Positions 22,754-32,465 of a stretch of DNA of 40,400 bases are shown in pieces. The stretch is from the NCBI GenBank assembly GCA_020718645.1, contig DYRQ01000003.1:18090-58489 (forward strand), given 5' to 3'. Each line of letters starts with the position of its first letter. The stretch's first letter is position 1. Below the pieces are notes generated by a model. It saw only the letters and a list, made by a program, of their open reading frames with translations. It did no database searches and was not told where the DNA came from. The position numbers were made by a program, and so were the translations under genes. Source of the stretch: Verrucomicrobium spinosum. GTDB lineage: Bacteria; Verrucomicrobiota; Verrucomicrobiia; JADLBR01; JAIBCM01.

Positions 22754-23947
22754 TTATTCGATGATTTCGGACACGCGACCCGCACCCACCGTCTTACCAC
22801 CCTCGCGGATAGCGAAGCGGATGGTCTTCTCCATGGCGACGGGCTGGAGCAACTCGACCTCTACGGTCAGGTTGTCACCCGGCATCACCATTTCGACATT
22901 CTCGGGCAACTTGATCGTGCCGGTCACATCCGTGGTGCGGAAGTAGAACTGCGGACGGTAGTTGGTGAAGAACGGGGTATGACGGCCACCTTCTTCTTTA
23001 CTCAGAACATAAACCTCTGCCTTGAATTTTTTGTGAGGCTTGATCGAACCAGTCTTGGCAAGCACTTGGCCACGCTCGATGTCGGTCTTCTTGACGCCGC
23101 GCAGTAGCACGCCGACATTGTCGCCGGCTTCAGCGCTATCAAGGAGCTTGCGGAACATTTCGATGTCTGTGACGGTGGTCTTGACCGTGGGACGAATGCC
23201 GACGATCTCGATTTCTTCCATTTTCTTGAGGACACCACGCTCGACACGGCCAGTGGCGACAGTGCCACGACCTTCAATGTTGAACACATCTTCGACAGCC
23301 ATCAAGAACGGCATGTCTTTCGGACGCTCAGGCATCGGAATGTAGCTGTCAACAGCTTCCATCAGATCGTGGATGCACTTGGCTTTGCCTGCTGTATCAT
23401 CAGGGGCGGAAAGCGCTTCGGTGGCGGAACCTTTGACAATGGGGATTTTGTCGCCAGGGAACTCATACTGAGTGAGAAGTTCGCGAACTTCCATCTCGAC
23501 GAGTTCGAGGAGATCTTTGTCATCCACCATGTCGCATTTGTTCAAAAATACAACGAGGGCAGGCACACCTACTTGGCGGGCGAGCAGGATGTGCTCACGC
23601 GTCTGAGGCATCGGGCCGTCGGCCGCGCTCACCACGAGGATGGCGCCGTCCATCTGGGCTGCACCTGTGATCATGTTCTTAATGTAGTCAGCATGACCCG
23701 GGCAGTCCACATGCGCGTAGTGTCGCTTGTCGGTCTGGTATTCCACATGCGCGGTGTTAATTGTGATACCGCGCTCCTTCTCTTCGGGTGCCGCGTCAAT
23801 TTGATCGTAGGCACGGGCTTCGGCCATACCTTTTTTCGACAACACCGTAGTGATGGCGGCCGTGAGGCTGGTTTTACCGTGATCCACGTGGCCGATGGTT
23901 CCGATATTGACATGAGGCTTATCCCTCTTGAACTGCTCCTTAGCCAT
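22754..23947 (-). CDS. tuf: Elongation factor Tu
   Basis: 'GHVDHGKT', 'RGITI', 'DCPGHADY', 'NKCD'. Confidence 0.99.
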   Translation of the reverse strand: MAKEQFKRDKPHVNIGTIGHVDHGKTSLTAAITTVLSKKGMAEARAYDQIDAAPEEKERGITINTAHVEYQTDKRHYAHVDCPGHADYIKNMITGAAQMDGAILVVSAADGPMPQTREHILLARQVGVPALVVFLNKCDMVDDKDLLELVEMEVRELLTQYEFPGDKIPIVKGSATEALSAPDDTAGKAKCIHDLMEAVDSYIPMPERPKDMPFLMAVEDVFNIEGRGTVATGRVERGVLKKMEEIEIVGIRPTVKTTVTDIEMFRKLLDSAEAGDNVGVLLRGVKKTDIERGQVLAKTGSIKPHKKFKAEVYVLSKEEGGRHTPFFTNYRPQFYFRTTDVTGTIKLPENVEMVMPGDNLTVEVELLQPVAMEKTIRFAIREGGKTVGAGRVSEIIE

Positions 23948-24043
23948 ATTCTCTCAAAACTCCTGTTTGCTGCTATGTAATAGTTTTCCGCTCATTTTTT
24001 CCATGTCTGAGGCCGCTTTTTAAGCTGTGTCAGCTGAAAAAAC

Positions 24044-24116
24044 AGCCCACGATCGGGTTTGAACCGACGACCTCGTCCTTACCAAGGACGTGCTCTGCCA
24101 ACTGAGCTACGTGGGC
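24044..24116 (-). tRNA. tRNA-Thr (GGT)
   Basis: Acceptor GCCCACG/CGTGGGC, anticodon arm CGTCC-TTGGTAA-GGACG, T loop GTTCAAA; 3' CCA not encoded. Confidence 0.97.
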
Positions 24117-24256
24117 AGACCTACATTTCCACCACCTCCGCTTGTGCGGTATAAGCGACGAATAACAAGCCGCCCTGCGATTCCCCCCTGTCTCTCGACG
24201 GAAGATTGCCCAGGTTGAACATGGTTCGCTGCCTAGTGCGATAAAAATGTCTGGTT

Positions 24257-24284
24257 AGCAAAGAGGATGCCGAAACTTTGTCAA
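24257..24284 (-). promoter_or_regulatory. Promoter region of the tRNA-Thr/tuf operon: TTGACA plus a sigma54-like -24/-12 box
   Basis: Minus strand reads TTGACA (24284-24279), then TCGGCATCCTCTTTGCT (24273-24257) with GG-N10-GC spacing. Confidence 0.45.
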
Positions 24285-24458
24285 GGATTTTATCTAGTTT
24301 TTCTCAAAACAGTGTTCCTATGGGTATGGCAATCGGGCAGCAGAGGTTCTAGCACCCGTTGCTGAGTGCGTGGTGAGCTTGTTGGCAGACAGCAACAGAG
24401 ACGGCTATGAGGATATTGTTGGCAACAGACAGAAATACCATTAATATGTCGGCCAATC

Positions 24459-26645
24459 ATGATGTTTGTGCGCACTTATTGCCGCCTCCTTTCGGGGCTG
24501 ATGTTCGGGGTGTTCGCCCTCTTGGTTCCCTGCCTATCGGCGCACGCTGACCTCGGCAAAAAAGCCGAGCCTACTAAAGTGCGTTTGCAACTGAAATGGA
24601 AGCACCAGTTCCAGTTTGCTGGTTATTATGCAGCGATTGAAAACGGCTACTACAAAGAGGCTGGCCTAGAGGTGGATCTCATCGAGGCAGCAGAGTCTGT
24701 CCCCCCGCATAAAAATGTGCTGACTGGGAGAGCTGACTTTGGGATCGAGGGAATCGAACTCCTGAAGCTCTATTCTTCTGGGCACGATGTGGTCATGCTC
24801 GCCCCCATATTCCAGAGCACCGCCCATGTCATTATCGCCCGAACGGACAGCCAGATCCACTCTTTGCAAGATCTCGCAAAAAAGCCTGGCATGATCAACA
24901 TTGCTGTGGCTGAAGAACTTTTTCTCCTCCGAAACGGTGATGCTTTTAACCAGCCTGATCGAACGCGGAACCACTCCTACACCCTCGACCCTTTCATTAG
25001 CGGTGAGGTTGCTTACATGTCAGCTTACACCTCGAACGAACCGTTCTTGCTGCAACAGCTCGGTATCCCTTTCCGCATATTACCCAATCCCAGCACCATG
25101 AGCAGCTTCTACGGGGATTGCCTTTATACCACTGGGCGGTTCCTGCAAGCCAACCCTGAGCTGGCTCACCGCTTTGTGGAAGCCAGTCTCAAGGGCTGGA
25201 GGTTCGCTCTCGAAAACCCTGACGAAGTCTTGCAGATCATCCAGCGAAAATACCAGACTCACAAGAGTCAGGAACACCTCCTGTTTGAAGCTCAGGAGTT
25301 ATCTCGCCTCATCAACCCCACCCTGGTTCCCGTAGGATTCTCGAACCCTGATCGCTGGGAGGCAACCGCCGATGCCTTACTGAAAGCTGGCGTGCTCCAC
25401 GCCCCTTTAGATTTGACAGGGTTTCTCTATGTTCCCACCAGCTATGTGATCCCCCCATGGGCCATCCCCATTACCGCTGCCAGTGTTTTGGCGGCGACTG
25501 TCATGGGCATTATTGTGCGCAAGCACCAAACCGTAGGGCGCCTGCTCCGCAGGGAGATTGCGGAGCGCAGCGCTGCTGAGGACAAACTACGGCAGAGCGA
25601 GCTGCGGTATCGTCTGTTGGCAGAGAACGCCTCTGACCTCATCTGGACGACCAATACTGCTGGCCAGATCACCTATGTGAGCCCTTCTCTTTTTCCTCTG
25701 CTCGGATACACGCAAGAACAGGGGCTGCAGATGGCATGGAAAGATCTGGTTTCCCAACATTCTCTCGATGCTGTGGAAACCCATTTTCACCAAACGCAAT
25801 CGCCCGACGCCAACTCGCCGCGAACCCACCATAGCATCGAGGTGCTCATGAAACGATGCGATGGCACTGGTGTCTGGACCGAGTGGATAGCCCACCTCTA
25901 CCACGACGCTGTCGGGGATGCCCAGGGCATCCTGTGTGTCGCCCGCAATATCGAGGAACGCCGGCGCGACGAGAAACGACTCTGGGCGAAGCTCCGCTAC
26001 GAGCAGGGTTTGTCCGATTTCGCCAAGGCACTCCAGTTGGTCGAATCGGGACGCTCGCCGATTGAAGAGTCTCTCCAGCACCTCCAGTCCACCCTACATG
26101 TCAGCAGGGCTTATATCTTCGATATCATCGAGCACCCTGACAGTGGCCCGTGTTGGCGGCACCTCCATGAAGCCTGCGCGGCTGATATAGAGCCGCATAT
26201 ACAGAATCCCGATCTTCAGGCTGTCCCATTCTCCGCATTGCCCCACTGGCTCCAAACCATGAAATCTGGCAGGTGCGTCCAAGGCCCAGTCGCCTCACTT
26301 CTTGACCCAGAAAAAACCATGCTGGACAGACTGGGTATCCTCTCGATCTACTGCCTCCCGATCATGGTGGACGGCACTTGGTTTGGGTTCCTGGGCGTGG
26401 ACGAATACACAACCGCCCGAGTCTGGAATGATGCCGAGAACCGGCTCCTGCAGACAGCTACAGACATGTTGCAGCTCTACTACAGCCGCAGGCGGGCCAA
26501 CAAGGAAATGATGAAAGCTCTCGAAGATCTGCGCGAGAATAACAGATTCATGACTGGGCGCGAGCTGCGCATCCTCGATCTCAAACAAGAAATCAACAGC
26601 CTGATGTCCGAGCTGGGGCGACCGAAAAAATACGATGAAGCCTAG
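24459..26645 (+). CDS. Membrane sensor: NMT1/THI5-like periplasmic binding domain, TM, PAS, GAF, coiled-coil tail; no catalytic output domain
   Basis: Signal peptide; 'LQLKWKHQFQFAGYYAA..GYY.EAGLEV'; TM; 'SELRYRLLAENASDLIW' PAS; GAF 'LPIMVDGTWFGFLGVD'; stops about 50 aa after the GAF. Confidence 0.85.
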   Translation: MMFVRTYCRLLSGLMFGVFALLVPCLSAHADLGKKAEPTKVRLQLKWKHQFQFAGYYAAIENGYYKEAGLEVDLIEAAESVPPHKNVLTGRADFGIEGIELLKLYSSGHDVVMLAPIFQSTAHVIIARTDSQIHSLQDLAKKPGMINIAVAEELFLLRNGDAFNQPDRTRNHSYTLDPFISGEVAYMSAYTSNEPFLLQQLGIPFRILPNPSTMSSFYGDCLYTTGRFLQANPELAHRFVEASLKGWRFALENPDEVLQIIQRKYQTHKSQEHLLFEAQELSRLINPTLVPVGFSNPDRWEATADALLKAGVLHAPLDLTGFLYVPTSYVIPPWAIPITAASVLAATVMGIIVRKHQTVGRLLRREIAERSAAEDKLRQSELRYRLLAENASDLIWTTNTAGQITYVSPSLFPLLGYTQEQGLQMAWKDLVSQHSLDAVETHFHQTQSPDANSPRTHHSIEVLMKRCDGTGVWTEWIAHLYHDAVGDAQGILCVARNIEERRRDEKRLWAKLRYEQGLSDFAKALQLVESGRSPIEESLQHLQSTLHVSRAYIFDIIEHPDSGPCWRHLHEACAADIEPHIQNPDLQAVPFSALPHWLQTMKSGRCVQGPVASLLDPEKTMLDRLGILSIYCLPIMVDGTWFGFLGVDEYTTARVWNDAENRLLQTATDMLQLYYSRRRANKEMMKALEDLRENNRFMTGRELRILDLKQEINSLMSELGRPKKYDEA

Positions 26646-29600
26646 CCACATCTCCCCTGAGAGTCCCAAGCACCGAGCCGACCCTAGGGTAGTGGTTGCG
26701 GTTTGCGCTGCCTTCCTCACTGTCGCCGCCCTCGTATCTGTGACCGCCTCAGCTACTCTTTGGCAAATGTCGCGGCAGTTGCTTGATAAACATTTTTCCT
26801 CATCCACCCTGCTCACACGCCTAGCTGTTGAGCACTCGAAAAAACAGCTTTCCGAGAGCGCCGACGCTCTAGCCAAACACCTTTCCTTACCCCGCCTACC
26901 CGACAAGACTCCACGGGTGTCCACCCCCCCTTTCCCTCCCGACCTACCTGAATTGTCCGTGCATATGGTGGCTTGCATTAATAGCGAAGGCTCTCTGCTT
27001 TTCTGCCACCATGTAGATCCTGATACACGGGAGGTTTACCCCGCGCCTACCACCCTGCTCGATCAATCCATCTCCCGAGCCAGAGAGATGATCTCCCAAG
27101 GCATATTCTCGCCGATCAGCTTCGCCGTGTGGGAAAACAGGATTCTGGCATTCGCCGTGCGAGAAATACCCGCCAAACCCGGCATAGATCCGAGTTACTG
27201 CATCGTGTTACGCTGGTTCAGCAGCAGAGATTTTCCTGTGCTCGAACAGGTGACCGGCATCTTGATCCAACCCGAGAGCCTCTCCTCTGTTTACCCCAGC
27301 AAATACAGCGTCACCTACCCAGACGAATTTCACCCGGGACGCATTATCGCCTTCCGCTCTTCGCAAACGAGAGTGTCGTTTACCCACACTCGCCATCTGG
27401 GGCTGCTCTGGTTATTGAGCATGGTCTCTGCTCTCCTATGTGCCGCCGGGACGCTCTACTGCCTGCATCGGTTCGTATGGCAGCGGGTGGAACGCCTCGT
27501 AGCCGCCAAGATTTCTTCCGGCTCTGTTTTCCTCGATACCTGTCGGATGGAATCAGCAGGCTCGGATCCCATATCTCGTTTGGCTGCTTCCTTGGCGACT
27601 GGTTCTACATCCGCTCCGAACACCTCTTCTCAGTCTGTAGTCCGAGACGACCTTTACCGGCGTTTTTTTCAATCAGCCCCCGTGATGTTGCTGGTTCTGG
27701 ATCGCACGGATCGCATTCTCCAGCTTAACAGACCACTCTTGGCCGAACTCACGGCTGACCCGGATGAACTGATCGGCAAAAAACTCACTGATCTATTTAC
27801 CACCGCGAGTGTCCAGCTATGGCAAGAGGACACACGCAGTCGGTTCTGGAGGCTGGGCACTATCCGGGATGCAAAGCTGACCGTGACGCGCAGAGATGGC
27901 ACCTCTTTTCCTGCCATACTCGACGGCGATACGGCACTGGGCTCAGAAGGAGAAATGGTTGCCCTTTTATCCATCAGGAACATGGCGGGTAAAATCGAGG
28001 AAGAAGAAGAACTTAAGATCAGTGAGCAGCGGCTGCGATTTTTCTTCGATCTCCCGTTTATCGGCATGGCTATCACCACGCCACTGATCCACTCTTGGGT
28101 GCAGTTCAACCCGCGGCTGCGGGAGATGTTTGGCTACTCAGCCGTTGAATTGGTTCGCTTGACTTGGGAGCAGCTCACGCATCCGGACGACCGTATGGCA
28201 GACCAGTTGGCTCGGGAACAAATGCTCGCTGGACAGGCTGAGGCGCATCTTTGCGACAAACGATTTATCAGGAAAGACGGTTCCACATTCCACGCTATGT
28301 CGCATACCCGCGTCATCCGAAGACCAGATGGCTCCGTGCAGTTTTTTGCCACCATCATTCAAGACATCAGCGAACAAAAAGAACGAGAGAGACAGCTCCG
28401 GGATTTACTCCAGACCAATGAGAATAACCGCAAAGCCATGCTGAACCTGATACGAGACTCCGAGAGAGCCCGTGAAGAACTCCAAGCCGCCAAAGAGACC
28501 GCGGATAAAGCCAGCCGAGCCAAAGGGGATTTCTTGGCCGTGATGAGCCACGAAATCCGGACTCCGATGAACGGCATACTCGGCATGACCCAGGCGCTCC
28601 AGCGCTCCGTGCTCACTCCCGCGCAACAGTCATTGGCAAACACTCTGTGTGAAAGCTCTGAGTCTCTCCTCTCCATCCTCAACGATGTCCTCGACCTCTC
28701 GAAAATTGACGTTGGCCGTGTCATTCTGGAAGCAATTCCTTTCCCGCTCTCCGAGCCGGTCTCTCTGTGTACCGATTTTTTCAGAACCAAAGCCATTGAG
28801 AAAAACCTCTCCCTCCAATTGAGCCTTGATCCTTCCCTGCCAGACACCGTCGTTGGGGATCCAGCGCGCTTGAGACAGATTTTACTGAACCTCATCGGCA
28901 ATGCCGTCAAATTTACCCATGCAGGCTCTGTCACTATCTCAGCCAAGAAAAAAGCTGAGGGCGCTGGGTGGATCTCAATCCTATTTTCAGTAAAGGACAC
29001 CGGGATCGGAATCCCAGCTGAAGCCCTAGAACGCATCTTTCAGAAATTTGAACAAGCAGACGCCTCGACCACTCGTTCATTCGGCGGCACTGGTCTTGGT
29101 CTCGCCATTTGCAAAAATCTCGTCGAACTCATGCAGGGGAGCATCAGTGTGGAAAGCCAGCTTGGTGCCGGATCCAACTTCCAATTCCATGTCACGCTCG
29201 GCACGGCACCCCACGACACAGAAACTCCTCCTCCTATTCGAAAAAGCCGGACCTTCGAAATACTACAACCCTCAAAAAAACTCAAAATCCTCTGCGCTGA
29301 AGATATCCCCACCAACCAGAGAGTGGCTCAACTCCAAGTCGAATCTATCGGCCATGAGATACACTTGGTAGCAAACGGTGCAGAAGCCATCCGTGAACTC
29401 TCAACTAACCGCTATGATGTCGTTCTGATGGATATCCGAATGCCCGAGTTGGACGGCGTAGATGCCACGCGTATCATCCGCGACCCTCAGTCGCCAGTGC
29501 TCGATCACAACATTCCGATTATAGCTCTGACAGCAAACACCTCCACCGAAGAAAAAAACACTTTTTTTGAGGCGGGCATGAACGACTTTCTCCCCAAGCC

Positions 29601-29994
29601 AATCAGGGAGGAAGACCTATTCCTCTGCCTCGAGCGTATCGCCACTCCGAGCGGTCCAGATTCTCTGTGCGATCATGAAGCCACCCCTATGGATCAGCTC
29701 GATGAGGAGATTGCTCAAGAAGTGGCACAGGTTTTCGAAGAGACGGTGCCGGACACCCTGTCGCAATTCTGCCAAGCCATCACTGAATCTAGTTGGAAGG
29801 AGGCTGCCAGATTGGCTCACGGGCTCAGATCTCCCTGCGCCATGTTCGGGTTCCAAGCCGCAGCAGCCCTGTGTAAAAAAGTCGAACTGCTCTGCGACAC
29901 CCAACCGCCAGAGGGTATCGGCACATTATCTTCGGAGTTTTGCTCTGCGATCACGGATTGTGTAAAACAGCTCAAGCTCCGAGGCTCTCCATGA
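26635..29994 (+). CDS. Hybrid sensor histidine kinase (2 TM/CHASE4-like, 2 PAS, HisKA, HATPase, REC, Hpt)
   Basis: H-box 'MSHEIRTPMNG', 'NLIGNAVKFT', 'DTGIGI', 'GGTGLGL', REC 'LMDIRMPELDG', Hpt 'AHGLRS'. Confidence 0.95.
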   Translation: MKPSHISPESPKHRADPRVVVAVCAAFLTVAALVSVTASATLWQMSRQLLDKHFSSSTLLTRLAVEHSKKQLSESADALAKHLSLPRLPDKTPRVSTPPFPPDLPELSVHMVACINSEGSLLFCHHVDPDTREVYPAPTTLLDQSISRAREMISQGIFSPISFAVWENRILAFAVREIPAKPGIDPSYCIVLRWFSSRDFPVLEQVTGILIQPESLSSVYPSKYSVTYPDEFHPGRIIAFRSSQTRVSFTHTRHLGLLWLLSMVSALLCAAGTLYCLHRFVWQRVERLVAAKISSGSVFLDTCRMESAGSDPISRLAASLATGSTSAPNTSSQSVVRDDLYRRFFQSAPVMLLVLDRTDRILQLNRPLLAELTADPDELIGKKLTDLFTTASVQLWQEDTRSRFWRLGTIRDAKLTVTRRDGTSFPAILDGDTALGSEGEMVALLSIRNMAGKIEEEEELKISEQRLRFFFDLPFIGMAITTPLIHSWVQFNPRLREMFGYSAVELVRLTWEQLTHPDDRMADQLAREQMLAGQAEAHLCDKRFIRKDGSTFHAMSHTRVIRRPDGSVQFFATIIQDISEQKERERQLRDLLQTNENNRKAMLNLIRDSERAREELQAAKETADKASRAKGDFLAVMSHEIRTPMNGILGMTQALQRSVLTPAQQSLANTLCESSESLLSILNDVLDLSKIDVGRVILEAIPFPLSEPVSLCTDFFRTKAIEKNLSLQLSLDPSLPDTVVGDPARLRQILLNLIGNAVKFTHAGSVTISAKKKAEGAGWISILFSVKDTGIGIPAEALERIFQKFEQADASTTRSFGGTGLGLAICKNLVELMQGSISVESQLGAGSNFQFHVTLGTAPHDTETPPPIRKSRTFEILQPSKKLKILCAEDIPTNQRVAQLQVESIGHEIHLVANGAEAIRELSTNRYDVVLMDIRMPELDGVDATRIIRDPQSPVLDHNIPIIALTANTSTEEKNTFFEAGMNDFLPKPIREEDLFLCLERIATPSGPDSLCDHEATPMDQLDEEIAQEVAQVFEETVPDTLSQFCQAITESSWKEAARLAHGLRSPCAMFGFQAAAALCKKVELLCDTQPPEGIGTLSSEFCSAITDCVKQLKLRGSP

Positions 29995-32465
29995 TACGAC
30001 GCTGGGCCACTCATTGCATGGCCACAGCCTTCCATCGGGTTTTTACTTGGAGGTGGACTATCGTATTTGCCCCCACTTTTTTACTGCTGGCGGGTGCCGC
30101 TCTAGCCCTCATCGTCTGGATCGAAATCCAACTCGCCCAATGGGGAGCCAGCCAGTCTTTGGACTTCCACGGAGAGTGGCAGCTCATCACCCCTATTTCC
30201 CTCACGCTATCGCTGACTCTGACGGCGATCTTGGCCGCTGCCTTCTCGACTGTCGTATCCTCACTTTGGTCTTGGGCTCACTACGAACATGCCGAGCGCC
30301 TTGAGTCCGACCACACCCTCTCAGTATATTTTGAAAACGGGTGGACCTGCTCAGCTATAGTCGGAACTGGTGATGATCAAAGAGGAGTGGTGCTGAAAGC
30401 CAACGATGCGTTCTGCCTATTGCTCAATTCGCCACCAGAAAGCGTGGTAGGCAGGAGGTTGGAGGCTCTCGCCCCACCTACCCAAGGCTACATTTTATTA
30501 AGAGCTATCCAAACGACCCTCGACACAGGACATGCAGCATGCCTAGCGAAACTATCCTGTGGGAACGGGCGCGTCGCCGCCCTTGAAGTCGAGATGTTTC
30601 TCTCGAATTCTACCAGCGATCACCATCTGCTGATACACGCCCGACAAGCCTATACAGATCCGAACAATTTCGAGGAAAACCTGCGCGCCAGACAAATCGT
30701 GGACAACTGCTCTGACGGCATCGCCTTTCTCGACCTCCAAGGCTCTTGCCTCTACGCTAATCCTGCTGCCTGCCGACTCACGGGCTGGTCCACTGAAGAA
30801 ATCCGGGGCAAACGCCTATTCGACGCTCATTCCTCGCTCCCCAACAGCCCGTGGCACGAGATCGCCGAATCTCTTAGACTAGGGGTCTGCAGATCATTTG
30901 AAACTGTGGCTAAACGGAAGCAGGGCGGCACTCTCGATGTCGAGATACGGCTGGTGCGAGTAAGCGAAGACCAGTCAAGCCTGCTGCTGGCCTGCTTCCA
31001 CGACATCGGCGAGCGCAAACAATTTCTCGAGCAAAATCGCATCTCTCGAGAAAGAATGCAGATGGCCTTGGCGGGTGCCAACCTCGGTTGGTGGGAATAC
31101 GACTTGGGTCGGAGCCACATGGAAAGCAGTGATCGATGCTACGAAATTACTGGACACGAGCAACAGCAGCTCACCAATAAAAACGAAGGGTGGAAATCTC
31201 TCATCCACCCCCAAGACACCCACAGGTTCGACGCCTCCCTCGACGCCACCACCAAAGGGCTTACCCCCCATTTCTCCTCCACTGTCCGACTCTGGCACCG
31301 CTCAGGTAAATGGATCTGGGTCTCGTGCAGAGGGAGAGTCACCCGCCGCAATCTCGAAGGCTTGCCCCTCGTGATCTGTGGCACCATGCACGATGTGAGC
31401 GAATCCAAAGATCTCGAGGACGCCCTCCAAGCCAGCGAATCCCTCTTCCGCAGCCTAGCCCTCTCCTCAGGTGAAATTTTGGTCTTGCTTAACTCAGACG
31501 GCAAAGTCTCCTTCTGGAACCAATCAGCCACCCGCATCCTCGGCTACCCCATGGAAGACATGCTCGACCTCCCCATCACCGACATCCTGCGCGACACTGA
31601 AGGGAATCCCTTGGGCATCCTCGATAACCCCGCCCTACTTTTCAGCCAACCCCCAGGCAAACCATTGGAACTCTCGTGCTCCGCTATCCATAAAAATTGC
31701 TCCACAGTCACACTCGAAGCTTCTCTCTCATGGCTAGACTACCATTTCGGACGCTCGCTGGTGCTCGTGGCACGCGATGTCAGCGAACAGCGACGACTGG
31801 AACAGGAATTCCTCTCCCTCACCGAATCCGAGCAGCGGCGCATGGGCCACGAGCTGCACGACACTGTCTGCCAAGACTTAGCTGCTCTGGCCCGAGCCGC
31901 GGAAGTCTCCATGCTCAGGCACAAGTCCCTCGACCCCTCCGTCCGTCATGACTTAGAAAAAATCCACGCCACTGGACTCGCCTCGCTCCGGTCGGCTCGC
32001 AGCTTGGCCCATGGGCTTTCGCTGATGGAAAAGGACATAGCCTCCCTTGAAAAAAGCCTAGTCCAGCTAGTGGAAAATGTATCTAGTTTGACCGGCGTCC
32101 AATGCTCCATCTCATGCCAACCCAGCATCTCTCATCCGAACAGCGAGGTTTTCGCCCAGCTCTACCGCATTGCAAAAGAGGCGGTCAACAACGCCCTCAG
32201 ACACTCGTGCTGCGAGTCCATTCATATCTCCTTATCCGTCCAGACTGGCGCCATCTGCATGGAGATCACCAACGATGGAAACATCTACAAAGTCCCCGCC
32301 CAAACCGATAATAGCGGTTTAGGATTGAAATTAATGAACTACCGCGCCAGAAGCATCGGAGGGACTTACCGGATACAACCAGGCCAATCATCGGGAGCCA
32401 CCGTTTCCGTCAGGATTCCTGGTGCGGGTCGGCAAGAAGATTACCAAGAAAAACAGACTGCATGA
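29991..32465 (+). CDS. Multi-PAS NarX-like (HisKA_3) sensor histidine kinase
   Basis: ATGA overlap; 2 TM; several PAS domains; 'EQRRMGHELHDTVCQ', 'EAVNNALRHS', 'GLGLKLMNYRA'. Confidence 0.92.
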   Translation: MIRRWATHCMATAFHRVFTWRWTIVFAPTFLLLAGAALALIVWIEIQLAQWGASQSLDFHGEWQLITPISLTLSLTLTAILAAAFSTVVSSLWSWAHYEHAERLESDHTLSVYFENGWTCSAIVGTGDDQRGVVLKANDAFCLLLNSPPESVVGRRLEALAPPTQGYILLRAIQTTLDTGHAACLAKLSCGNGRVAALEVEMFLSNSTSDHHLLIHARQAYTDPNNFEENLRARQIVDNCSDGIAFLDLQGSCLYANPAACRLTGWSTEEIRGKRLFDAHSSLPNSPWHEIAESLRLGVCRSFETVAKRKQGGTLDVEIRLVRVSEDQSSLLLACFHDIGERKQFLEQNRISRERMQMALAGANLGWWEYDLGRSHMESSDRCYEITGHEQQQLTNKNEGWKSLIHPQDTHRFDASLDATTKGLTPHFSSTVRLWHRSGKWIWVSCRGRVTRRNLEGLPLVICGTMHDVSESKDLEDALQASESLFRSLALSSGEILVLLNSDGKVSFWNQSATRILGYPMEDMLDLPITDILRDTEGNPLGILDNPALLFSQPPGKPLELSCSAIHKNCSTVTLEASLSWLDYHFGRSLVLVARDVSEQRRLEQEFLSLTESEQRRMGHELHDTVCQDLAALARAAEVSMLRHKSLDPSVRHDLEKIHATGLASLRSARSLAHGLSLMEKDIASLEKSLVQLVENVSSLTGVQCSISCQPSISHPNSEVFAQLYRIAKEAVNNALRHSCCESIHISLSVQTGAICMEITNDGNIYKVPAQTDNSGLGLKLMNYRARSIGGTYRIQPGQSSGATVSVRIPGAGRQEDYQEKQTA

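Noticed and set aside
24290-24458. ORF 24290-24475 (-), TGTTGGCA repeats and a GG-N10-GC upstream of the sensor cluster
   Set aside because: The ORF has no recognisable features, the repeats are short, and the -12 element lacks TT.
26630-26650. Frameshift splitting one giant kinase into 24459-26645 and 26635-29994
   Set aside because: The second ORF starts with its own TM and periplasmic domain, and the first has a natural-looking terminus.
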